A DNA stretch of 55,260 nt from a virus (taxonomy: Duplodnaviria > Caudoviricetes): IMG/VR virus record IMGVR_UViG_3300020220_002267, positions 1 to 55,260 of that record; one strand, 5' to 3'. Shown here piece by piece: positions 8,925 through 16,304 of this stretch. The notes under the pieces are model-generated. The model was not told where the DNA came from. It ran no database searches and saw only the letters and a program-made list of their open reading frames with translations. The number at the start of each line of letters is the position of its first letter. Within the stretch, counting starts at the first letter, position 1. Both the position numbers and the translations under genes were made by a program.

Positions 8925-9068
8925 GGCAGGGCCGCCCCGGAGTGGGGCAACCGGTACATAACCGGTCGCAACAGCGACCCGGCTCATCACACTCGCTCCT
9001 TCCTAACCCGAGGGAGCACAACGATGATCCTACAAGCCCGCCAGGTGCAACTCCTGGACCTGCCACCA
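8925..9068 (+). ncRNA. tRNA-like RNA, anticodon CAU, with a 74-nt structured insert in the variable loop and encoded ACCA
   Basis: Acceptor ggcagg/cctgcc+ACCA; D arm gcccc/ggggc; anticodon arm accgg-tacataa-ccggt; T arm ccagg-tgcaact-cctgg. Confidence 0.7.
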
Positions 9069-9209
9069 TTGACCGTCCACTTTGGCAAGCGCACAAGCAG
9101 GTTGGTTCAACTCCAACATTTTCCTCCAAAACTGGAAAATATGCTCCGTGGTGGAGCAATCGATTCATACTCGATCAAAAACAACACGCTTGCCTACTCG
9201 GATGGTCAA
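9069..9209 (+). ncRNA. Circularly permuted tRNA(CAU)-like RNA (3' half first), possibly Y-RNA-like
   Basis: Order: T arm 9101-9117, acceptor 3' strand+UCCA 9118-9128, spacer, acceptor 5' strand 9134-9140, D arm, anticodon arm atcga-ttcatac-tcgat; closed by 8-bp and 10-bp stems. Confidence 0.75.
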
Positions 9210-9245
9210 ACCCTTTCCTCGCCCACAACGGTAAGCCCACAAGCA

Positions 9246-9318
9246 GCGTGAGTAGCTCATCAGGTAGAGCGTCGGGCCAACAACCCGAAGGTAGCTGGTT
9301 CGAGTCCAGCCTTATGCC
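9246..9318 (+). tRNA. Atypical tRNA: initiator-Met-like body with anticodon loop CCAACAA (AAC); possibly a pseudo-tRNA
   Basis: Full cloverleaf: gcgtgag/cttatgc, tagctca..ggtagagc, tcggg/cccga, gctgg-ttcgagt-ccagc; C at position 33; no CCA. Confidence 0.7.
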
Positions 9319-9350
9319 CCGAAAACTTCCCAGGCTTTCCAACTCGGACG

Positions 9351-9468
9351 AGGACCCCTTTCCCTGCCCACTACGAAGTGCCCACACGCCGCCGGGTAGT
9401 CCGGCACCACTCTGCTAAAGTGAATTCTGTGGGTGCGAATCCCACCGTCCCTCTCGCAAGAGGGGGTC
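9351..9468 (+). ncRNA. tRNA-like element (GCU anticodon loop) with non-canonical acceptor region
   Basis: D-like gccgg/ccggc, cact-ctgctaa-agtg, T arm gtggg-tgcgaat-cccac; outer stem ggacccctt/agggggtcc. Confidence 0.45.
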
Positions 9469-9504
9469 CGGCACTTCAACTCGGACAGGGAAGCCCTTCG
9501 CGTC

Positions 9505-9546
9505 GAGCCCTCCCCCTTCCTCAAGGGGCGAGGGCTCCGCCTTTTT
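9505..9546 (+). terminator. Terminator of the tRNA-like RNA cluster
   Basis: gagccctc-cccctt/aagggg-c-gagggctc hairpin, then cgccttttt. Confidence 0.7.
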
Positions 9547-9581
9547 GGGCCTCGGTGATGTTCGCATAGCCACGGCGGGAC

Positions 9582-9980
9582 ATGGAGGTCCGCACCGTGG
9601 CCGAACGTCGGATCGACATCTACATCAACGAAGAAGGCTGGATTGTTGATGTGCTCGGCTTCCCCGAGGACACCGCTGGTTGGTTCGAGCATCTGGAACT
9701 ACTCGCACACGCCCTGGAGGTGGGAGTCACCCCGCACCCCGAGGCGACCAGCGGGGACGTGCAGCAATTCCGATCCCCGGCAGGGACACTGACCTACACC
9801 GAACGCATCACGGTCGTGGTGGACATCGACGGCACCTACGTGTGGTCCAGCCACAACCAGTATGCCACCCGCGCCCTCCTTCAAGACGTGCTCAACCTCG
9901 CTTCGGGGGGCATGGAGGGGTTCGCGATCTTCGATGGTTCGGGTACGGGTCTTCACCACATCCCCATCGGTGAAGCGTGA
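9582..9980 (+). CDS. Hypothetical protein
   Basis: 132-aa ORF, GC3 bias, GTGA overlap with next gene. Confidence 0.6.
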   Translation: MEVRTVAERRIDIYINEEGWIVDVLGFPEDTAGWFEHLELLAHALEVGVTPHPEATSGDVQQFRSPAGTLTYTERITVVVDIDGTYVWSSHNQYATRALLQDVLNLASGGMEGFAIFDGSGTGLHHIPIGEA

Positions 9981-10669
9981 AGCCCAAGCACATCGAAGCC
10001 CGAATCAAGCAGTGCATCGCCATCGCGGAGTGCTCCCCCTGCCCTCGGCGGAAGTTCGGAGCCTTGCTCCTGGAGCCGGTCCGCAACGTCCTCCTGATGG
10101 ACGGCTACAACGGCGGCCCTCGAGGCGGGGGTGGCATCTGTGGGGGAGACCGGTGCCTCCGAGATGGCCTCAAGCCCGAGGACGTCGAGATTCGGGGACC
10201 GAACGGTGTGGACGACCCCGACCCCGAGGACGCCTGGATCTACGTGAAGGGGAAGCAGGTGTCCCTCCCCATCGTCATCGACGGCGTCGAGCACTACAAG
10301 TCGCACGGATGGCGGGACGAGTGCCTGGAGTACCGCGAGAAGCTCCTGGCGGAGAACCCGCCCGTTCCCTCGGGCACCCGGTACGAGATCGGGTGTCACC
10401 ACGCCGAGATGAACGTCGTCACCAACGCCGCTGCCCAGGGTGTCGCTACGGCGGGGGCCTGGCTCATCGTCACCGGGGAGCCGTGCATCCTCTGTGCGAA
10501 GCTCATCCACCACGCGGGCATCTCGAAGGTCATCTGCGTGAAGGGCGGCTTCATGGGTGGAGACGAAGGCCCGAAGTACCTGCGGAAGCACCAGGTCGAG
10601 GTCGAGTACGTCGAGGGTCCGCCGGACCCCAGGCTCGTCCCGGTTCAGGCAAACACCTCGACAACGTAG
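9977..10669 (+). CDS. dCMP deaminase family protein with internal insertion
   Basis: SPCPRRKFGA, GYNG, HAEMN and PCILC Zn motifs. Confidence 0.9.
   Translation: MKPKHIEARIKQCIAIAECSPCPRRKFGALLLEPVRNVLLMDGYNGGPRGGGGICGGDRCLRDGLKPEDVEIRGPNGVDDPDPEDAWIYVKGKQVSLPIVIDGVEHYKSHGWRDECLEYREKLLAENPPVPSGTRYEIGCHHAEMNVVTNAAAQGVATAGAWLIVTGEPCILCAKLIHHAGISKVICVKGGFMGGDEGPKYLRKHQVEVEYVEGPPDPRLVPVQANTSTT
10643..10669 (+). promoter_or_regulatory. Class-1 promoter motif GTTCAG-N16-CGTAG
   Basis: In the 3' end of the deaminase gene, 22 nt before ATG 10691. Confidence 0.65.
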
Positions 10670-10690
10670 ACAGAGGCACAGGAGACTTGG

Positions 10691-11641
10691 ATGAGCGTCG
10701 AACTCCACATGAGACCGGACATCCCGCCCATGAGCGGGGAGGAGTTCCGTGCGATGGCGGGTCCGTTCGCCATCGCCATCGACGGGTTCGTGAAGGAAGG
10801 CCCCTGGTTTGATCCCGAGGGCCCCAGCAAGAACTTCAACCACCATGAGGGGGTTGCTCGCCTCGAAACCCGAGCCACCTGCGGCCAGGTGCTCATCTCG
10901 GTCCGCCAGGGGTTCTACAAGCGATTCCGGGATCAGAACGGGCCGAGGGCCGACGTTTACGCGAACGACTGCGACGAGGATGTGTGTCTCTCGTGGTTCT
11001 TGCTGAAGAACCACTCCATCACCGCGCAGACGATGAACCCGATGCTGAACCGGCTCGTCCACATGGTGGACCTGATGGACACGACGGCCGGAGCCTACCC
11101 GTTCCCGGAAGACCTCCAGTCGCTCCACGGGCTCGCGTGGGTGTTCGAGCCCTACCGGCGTTTCCGCTTCAGCGGAGGACTCGCCAGCCGCGACCCCAGC
11201 GCCTTCCGCTCCATCGTCACAGACGTGGAGCACCGGATCATGGCGTACATCTCCGGGCAGGGGCGAGAGATCCCCCTCGACACCCGCTACGAGATGTGGT
11301 CCTCCGAGGTCGGCTGGTCCCACGTCAAGGAGATCGGGACCCAGGCCCGCATCGGGATGTTCTCTGACGGCGTTCGAGCCTTCGTCTCATCGACCCCCTA
11401 CGGGACCGATGGCCGGTGGATGCACATCATCGGCCGGATGTCCGAGTACATCGACTTCCCCGTCATCAAGCTCCTCGAGGCCATGAACGAAGCCGAGGGG
11501 CTCACGGGAGCCGACCGCTGGGGCGGAGGGGACACCATCGGAGGTGCCCCGCGCATCGCAGGGTCGACGCTCTCTCCCCCTGAGGTGGCCGCCATCGTGC
11601 GCTCGGTGCTCGGGCGATCCGAATCCCCCCGTGTTGGGTAG
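10691..11641 (+). CDS. Hypothetical protein, possibly DHH-phosphoesterase-like
   Basis: AGGAG SD; NFNHHEG, NDCDED and C-terminal WGGGDTIGG motifs. Confidence 0.5.
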   Translation: MSVELHMRPDIPPMSGEEFRAMAGPFAIAIDGFVKEGPWFDPEGPSKNFNHHEGVARLETRATCGQVLISVRQGFYKRFRDQNGPRADVYANDCDEDVCLSWFLLKNHSITAQTMNPMLNRLVHMVDLMDTTAGAYPFPEDLQSLHGLAWVFEPYRRFRFSGGLASRDPSAFRSIVTDVEHRIMAYISGQGREIPLDTRYEMWSSEVGWSHVKEIGTQARIGMFSDGVRAFVSSTPYGTDGRWMHIIGRMSEYIDFPVIKLLEAMNEAEGLTGADRWGGGDTIGGAPRIAGSTLSPPEVAAIVRSVLGRSESPRVG

Positions 11642-11696
11642 GATCTCAACAGAGGTCGAGAAGCGGCGTAGCTCGCACTCTTGAGCCAGTGAAATG

Positions 11697-11732
11697 ACAA
11701 GGGGGGTAGGCAGTCGTGCCTACCCCCCTTGT
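11697..11732. terminator. Terminator hairpin between convergent genes
   Basis: Perfect 16-bp stem acaaggggggtaggca/tgcctaccccccttgt, 4-nt loop. Confidence 0.8.
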
Positions 11733-11749
11733 TCGTCAGCGGGAGCGGA

Positions 11750-12175
11750 TCAGCGCAGGTAGGCCATGCCGTAGGGGTCGTGTGACCCCTTCCAGGTCGA
11801 GGCGTCGTAGAGGTTCCCACGGGCGTGCCGGGCGGGCTTCTTCCACGACTCGGCCTTCAGGAGGTCACCGTTGCTCGTGTCGATGAACCCGAAGGCCGAC
11901 CGATCGTTGGGGCTGCGCTCCCGCACGATGCGGACGTACTTCTGACCCCACTCGAGCTTGATCTGCGGGACCTCGAGCGTCGGGAACTTCTTGGTGTAGT
12001 GATCCGAGACCGTGTCCTGAAGCTGAAGGCGGAACGCCTCGATGAGACGTGCCAACTCGGGGTCCACGACAGCGGCCTCACGGTCGGTCGCAGTCAGGAG
12101 CGGGAGCAACTCCTTGCGGAGTGCGGGGTTGGCGTGTGCCAACCGAATCACGCGGTCGCGAAGGGAGTCCGACAT
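11750..12175 (-). CDS. Hypothetical protein with shared IRLAH leader motif
   Basis: MSDSLRDRVIRLAHANPALRKELLPLL; C-terminal GQKYVRIV...LKAESWKKPARHARGN. Confidence 0.75.
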   Translation of the reverse strand: MSDSLRDRVIRLAHANPALRKELLPLLTATDREAAVVDPELARLIEAFRLQLQDTVSDHYTKKFPTLEVPQIKLEWGQKYVRIVRERSPNDRSAFGFIDTSNGDLLKAESWKKPARHARGNLYDASTWKGSHDPYGMAYLR

Positions 12176-12181
12176 GGCGGC

Positions 12182-12583
12182 CTACTTGCCCGACAGGAGG
12201 GGGAGCAAGTCCTTGCGGAACTCGGGGTGCGAGTGCGCCAGGCGGATGAGACGCGCACGGAGGGTCTGCTCGGAGGCGAACTTCCGGGGGGCATCGTTGG
12301 CCTTGCCGTCCGAGAACTCACCCGTCTCCTGGTCGACGAGCATCTCGGTCGACTCCTGCTGGGTGAACTCGCCCTTCATCCACGGCTTGTCCGCGTCGGA
12401 CTCCGTGGGGCCGTTGTCGCCCTTGCCCGTCACGCCCTCGGCCGAACCACCAGGCTTCACCTCGCCGATCGAGTCGGCCGGGAAGTCAGCAGCGGACTTG
12501 ATGAGGGGGAGAAGATCCTTGCGGAACTCCGGGTGAGCGTGAGCGAGCCGGATGAGGCCCGCACGAAGCAGCTTGTCAGACAT
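12182..12583 (-). CDS. Small acidic protein with IRLAH motif at both termini
   Basis: LRAGLIRLAHAHPEFRKDLLPLI and LRARLIRLAHSHPEFRKDLLPLL. Confidence 0.75.
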   Translation of the reverse strand: MSDKLLRAGLIRLAHAHPEFRKDLLPLIKSAADFPADSIGEVKPGGSAEGVTGKGDNGPTESDADKPWMKGEFTQQESTEMLVDQETGEFSDGKANDAPRKFASEQTLRARLIRLAHSHPEFRKDLLPLLSGK

Positions 12584-12620
12584 GGTGTGGGCTCCTGGGA
12601 GAAGTCACCCACCCAGAGAT

Positions 12621-12635
12621 ATAGGCTCGCCACCG
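12621..12635 (-). promoter_or_regulatory. Class-2 (probable late) promoter motif CGGT-N7-CTAT
   Basis: ATAG-N7-ACCG on plus strand; exact copies also at 16296, 18745, 23093, 25766, 32926, 33119. Confidence 0.65.
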
Positions 12636-12641
12636 CAAGCC

Positions 12642-12697
12642 GGTAGGATACCCGAACACCTGTACTTGACGGGGTACAGGTGTTCGGGTATCCTACC
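12642..12697. repeat. Perfect 24-bp inverted repeat with 8-nt loop, overlapping a sigma70-like promoter
   Basis: ggtaggatacccgaacacctgtac / gtacaggtgttcgggtatcctacc; TTGACG(12666)-N17-TATCCT(12689). Confidence 0.9.
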
Positions 12698-12701
12698 CGA
12701 A

Positions 12702-13322
12702 ATGAGCAAGCCTAAATCAGATCGGTGCCGCGTTTGTGGCGTCCATAGAGACGAAACCCCCTTTGCACCAAAAGCAGGAGGGGCGCGCTGCATGACCTGT
12801 TACAGGGCCGCCCGCAAAGTTCAAAGCCGCGCCTACAGAGAACGAGTACGCGGACAGGTACAGAGGACTTGCTTTCGATGTCGCGAAACCAAAAACGGTT
12901 CAGAGTTCCCAGGTGCAGGCCGTTATTGTAGTGCTTGTGACAAGAAATATCAGATGGAGTACCGCAACTCAACGCCCAGGCGTCACTTGATGAAGGTGCT
13001 CCACAGGATGCGAAGTAACGGAAAAGACAGGGGTGCCACCTGCACTGTAACGTTGGATCAACTCCAAGAGCTTTGGGAACACCAAAAGGGAGTGTGTTTT
13101 TACACAGGCACACCCCTCACTTTCAAAGGTGACAGAGCCCACAGCGCACTCAGTGTGGATCGAATCAACCCGGCTCTCGGGTACGAACCCGGTAATGTTG
13201 TCCTGTGTTGTTGGGCTTTCAACCGAATGAAAACCGATCTAACACTAACGGAGCTAGCAGAACTATGCCGCGCATTTCTGAAGCGAATTGAGGAACAACC
13301 AGCCGCCCTTCATGGAAAGTAA
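12702..13322 (+). CDS. HNH-type endonuclease with N-terminal CxxC zinc fingers
   Basis: CFYTG...SVDRINPALGYEPGNVVLCCWAFNRMK; several CxxC pairs; AT-richer than flanks. Confidence 0.8.
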   Translation: MSKPKSDRCRVCGVHRDETPFAPKAGGARCMTCYRAARKVQSRAYRERVRGQVQRTCFRCRETKNGSEFPGAGRYCSACDKKYQMEYRNSTPRRHLMKVLHRMRSNGKDRGATCTVTLDQLQELWEHQKGVCFYTGTPLTFKGDRAHSALSVDRINPALGYEPGNVVLCCWAFNRMKTDLTLTELAELCRAFLKRIEEQPAALHGK

Positions 13323-13324
13323 AA

Positions 13325-13636
13325 GTGGCGGGTCGACACTTGTATGTGTTTCAGGCTGCGGTCACGGGTGCCGTGAAGGTCGGGCGTTCGGACAACCCCG
13401 AGCGCCGGTTGAACGACCTCCAGGTGGGCTGCCCGTACCGGCTGAAGATCATCCTCGTGGCCCCCTCGCAGGGGCACAGCGAACGTCGCGTCCACGAGGC
13501 CATGAAGCACACTCGAACGCGGTTCATCAACGGGGAGTGGTTCCACGAGATCGGCATCGGGTCCATCCCCGACGACATCTGGGAGCACACCATCCCGTGG
13601 TATCGAGAAGATCCTGACTGGTGGAAAAGAAACTAG
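13325..13636 (+). CDS. GIY-YIG nuclease family protein (T5orf172/MUG113-like)
   Basis: LYVFQ, VKVGRSDNPERRLNDLQVG, ERRVH, GEWF. Confidence 0.8.
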   Translation: MAGRHLYVFQAAVTGAVKVGRSDNPERRLNDLQVGCPYRLKIILVAPSQGHSERRVHEAMKHTRTRFINGEWFHEIGIGSIPDDIWEHTIPWYREDPDWWKRN

Positions 13637-13663
13637 GTTCAGGTCTTCGAGGCCCGTGCGTAC
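13637..13663 (+). promoter_or_regulatory. Class-1 promoter motif GTTCAG-N16-CGTAC in front of a non-coding region
   Basis: No credible plus-strand ORF follows; a structured RNA does. Confidence 0.6.
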
Positions 13664-13670
13664 ATCAGGT

Positions 13671-13763
13671 GAGCGCGATGATGTGAGCGGTGGCGGGTCC
13701 CTCCGGGGGCCGTGGGTTCGACTCCCTCCACCCCCAGAAGGGTGCCGACACGACATCGCGGTC
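13671..13763 (+). ncRNA. Small tRNA-mimic / Y-RNA-like RNA
   Basis: Terminal stem cgcgatg/catcgcg enclosing a gtccc/ggggc hairpin, a T-loop ggg-TTCGACT-ccc and a closed hairpin caccc/gggtg. Confidence 0.55.
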
Positions 13764-13855
13764 AGAACCTGCAGGGTGTGGCTGCCCATCGGGGTGCTGG
13801 CGAGGGGGGCGACGGGAGAAGTGGAGCCACCCACTGATCCCCGAGCCCCCCGACT

Positions 13856-14536
13856 CTAAATTTCCTGACCCAGGTATCGCCGGGCCACACGGATGGGAGA
13901 AACCCCCGTGGGCCACATGTCGTACTCCTGGAACAGCTTCAACAGACCCTCCGGTGGACTTCCCTTCGGGATGTCGAGTTGGTCGTCCCGGTGGTCCCCG
14001 ATGAACTCGGCCTCGCCTTTCCGCAGGCCCACGAGAGCGTAGTGGTGTCGCTTGACCCCACGGTGCCGACTCTCGTAGAGCACCTGTTCGATGATGGCCC
14101 ACGGGCTGTCCGCCCCGGACGCCTTGGGCTCCCGCAGAAGCACCGCATCCCCGACTCGCTGCTTGGGGCGTTCGGGTAGCTCGGCCTCCTGTGCCTCGGG
14201 GACCTCGACGAGAACAGAGACGAAGGCGGGGACGTGCGTGTACCCGGCCTCGAGCGAAGCGTTGTAGCGGTGGATGCCATCCGAGATGTGGTACTTGCCC
14301 GCCGCGTCTTGGGAGAGTTCGATGGGCGGCAGGGCCGCCTTCTCCGCGATGCCCTCACGGATGTGCTTGATCCGGCTCGGGTGCCACACGGCCTCCGGAA
14401 CGATGTCCTGAATGGGCACCAGCCGGAACTCGGTGTACGAGTAGAACCCATCCTGCCGAGCGTCCTTGGCCTCCCGCTCGGGGTCTCGCTGGGTCTTTCG
14501 ACGAACGAGACCCCGGTCGTACCGGAAGTGCCGCAT
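13856..14536 (-). CDS. ParB/sulfiredoxin-like N-terminal domain protein
   Basis: LPPIEL...YHISDGIHRYNA; C-terminal IRVARRYL motif. Confidence 0.7.
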   Translation of the reverse strand: MRHFRYDRGLVRRKTQRDPEREAKDARQDGFYSYTEFRLVPIQDIVPEAVWHPSRIKHIREGIAEKAALPPIELSQDAAGKYHISDGIHRYNASLEAGYTHVPAFVSVLVEVPEAQEAELPERPKQRVGDAVLLREPKASGADSPWAIIEQVLYESRHRGVKRHHYALVGLRKGEAEFIGDHRDDQLDIPKGSPPEGLLKLFQEYDMWPTGVSPIRVARRYLGQEI

Positions 14537-16266
14537 CACACGCGGACGCTGGGATCACGGGCGTTCTTGCCCGCCGTCGTGATCTGGATGCCCGTGCCGG
14601 TGACCTTCACCAGGCCCTTGTCCACCAGGCCCTTGATGAGCGGGTTGTCGCCCTTGTAGAGCCCGAGGTCGTACCGCTGGAAGTACTCTCCCCGGTAGCC
14701 GGGCTTGAGGCTGTCCAGGATGGTGATGGCGAGCTTCTCCTCGCGGCTCAGTTCGATCTGGGCCGGGATCAGCGTGGCCATGTTGTCCGGGTGGACCTTG
14801 ATGGTCGCGTACACCGGCCTGCCGCCGCCCTCGCTGCCCTGGATGATGGCGGCGTTGAGGGGGATGGGGTGGTTCCGGTCGTCGGAGTCCACAAGGTTGC
14901 CACGGGTGTACGGGTTCGGACCGCCGAACGACCCCTTGGTCGTCTTGGACTGGCCCGTCTCCATGTTCACAATGCAGGTGAAGTCCCGCTTGCCGTCGTC
15001 CGCGAACGACTGGAACGAGAAGGTCGTGGCGGCCGACACCTCGATGTCCCGACGCCCGTACCCCAGGTCGCTCAAGGCGCTCTTGACGGAGGCGGGCAGA
15101 TCCTTCACCGCGACCCGGGTGCCCCCGAAGGCCGCCTTGTCCGTGGCCCGACGCTGGCCGCTCTCCATCGAGGAGGCGAAGCCGGGGTGGTCACCCAGCT
15201 TCTTGGCGACGTACCGCATCTCCACGAGCGACCAAGGACGCTCGAGCGGCGACAGCGAGGTCAGCGGACAGAACAGGACGAACTCGGAGCCGTCCGTGAA
15301 CGACATGTCCGACGGAGCCACGATCACGTCCCACGCGGCCTGGGCGTTGGACCAGTGGAAGTTGAACACCTTCATTTTCCCGGGCGGCTTGGGGATGTTG
15401 CGTGTTCCAACGCCGCCGAGCTTCGGGAGGAGGAATCGGGTCAGGGCCTTGGCGAGTTGGTCGGCATCGCCCGTGCCCGACACCGTGGCCGTCCCGAGGT
15501 TCGGGTTGATGGAGAGCTTCAGGCCATCCAGTTCCGCCTCGACCGCCGCCTGCCGGAGCAGGGGGAGCAACAGGGGGCGAAGCTCGGGCTTGGAGTAGGC
15601 AAGTCGAACGGTGCGCTGGTGGAGCGAAGAAGCCATGCGAAGGCTCTCCGCCAACTCCCGCGACTTCCACCGAGCGGTGTCCGCGATCATGTGATCGAGG
15701 ATGTCCTTGGCCGTCGAGGAATCACCGAACTCCTGTGCCAGGAACACTCCGAACCAGCCCGCCGCGTAGACCCCGTAGTCGAGAGCCACGCTGATGTCGC
15801 CCGTGTCCACGGACGACTTGTGGCCCGAACCCCCCAGAAGCCGGGTCAGCGAGTGGAAGTTCACGTCCTCGGCCACATCGCTCGCCACCGCTCGGGCTTC
15901 AGCCTTGTCGAAGCCCTCGGCACGAATCGTCGCCGCCACCTGCTTGGCGAGGGTCTTGGCCTCGGGTGGAGCCTTCTCGAGATCCTTGAGGGTGATCGTG
16001 GGGGTGAACATGCCCACGTTCTCGTACTTGTACGTGGGCTGCCGGCGGTGGTTCTCGTAGACGCTCAACTCGCCAGGCTTCCCCCAGGTGACCTGCACCT
16101 CGGTCTTGAGGGGCTTCCCGCTCTTGTCCACGAGCCGCACCCAATTCCAGCGACCGGGCGTCGGGGTCATCGTGCGACCAAACTGGTCCAACCACAGGCG
16201 GTTGTTGAACCTGATGTAGGGTCCAACCTCTCCACTCGCCGTCTTGGGGGTCTGCTGTTGGGACAT
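14536..16266 (-). CDS. Large multi-module hypothetical protein with internal IRLAH-type motif
   Basis: Start MSQQQTPKTA after GGAGG and class-2 motif; internal LHQRTVRLAYSKPELRPLLLPLLRQAA. Confidence 0.7.
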   Translation of the reverse strand: MSQQQTPKTASGEVGPYIRFNNRLWLDQFGRTMTPTPGRWNWVRLVDKSGKPLKTEVQVTWGKPGELSVYENHRRQPTYKYENVGMFTPTITLKDLEKAPPEAKTLAKQVAATIRAEGFDKAEARAVASDVAEDVNFHSLTRLLGGSGHKSSVDTGDISVALDYGVYAAGWFGVFLAQEFGDSSTAKDILDHMIADTARWKSRELAESLRMASSLHQRTVRLAYSKPELRPLLLPLLRQAAVEAELDGLKLSINPNLGTATVSGTGDADQLAKALTRFLLPKLGGVGTRNIPKPPGKMKVFNFHWSNAQAAWDVIVAPSDMSFTDGSEFVLFCPLTSLSPLERPWSLVEMRYVAKKLGDHPGFASSMESGQRRATDKAAFGGTRVAVKDLPASVKSALSDLGYGRRDIEVSAATTFSFQSFADDGKRDFTCIVNMETGQSKTTKGSFGGPNPYTRGNLVDSDDRNHPIPLNAAIIQGSEGGGRPVYATIKVHPDNMATLIPAQIELSREEKLAITILDSLKPGYRGEYFQRYDLGLYKGDNPLIKGLVDKGLVKVTGTGIQITTAGKNARDPSVRV

Positions 16267-16304
16267 GGGTGGAAGCTCCTCCACCCACGCACAGGATAGA
16301 AGCC

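Noticed and set aside
8925-9209. tmRNA (one- or two-piece)
   Set aside because: No G3-U70 alanine identity pair, full D and anticodon arms are present, no tag reading frame, too short
8852-9569. ORFs over the RNA cluster (8852..9418, 8865..9251, 9378..9569)
   Set aside because: Atypical codon usage, no motifs; region is explained by structured RNAs
12642-12697. Protelomerase target or transposon end
   Set aside because: 8-nt asymmetric centre, no telomere resolvase or transposase in the window, no partner repeat
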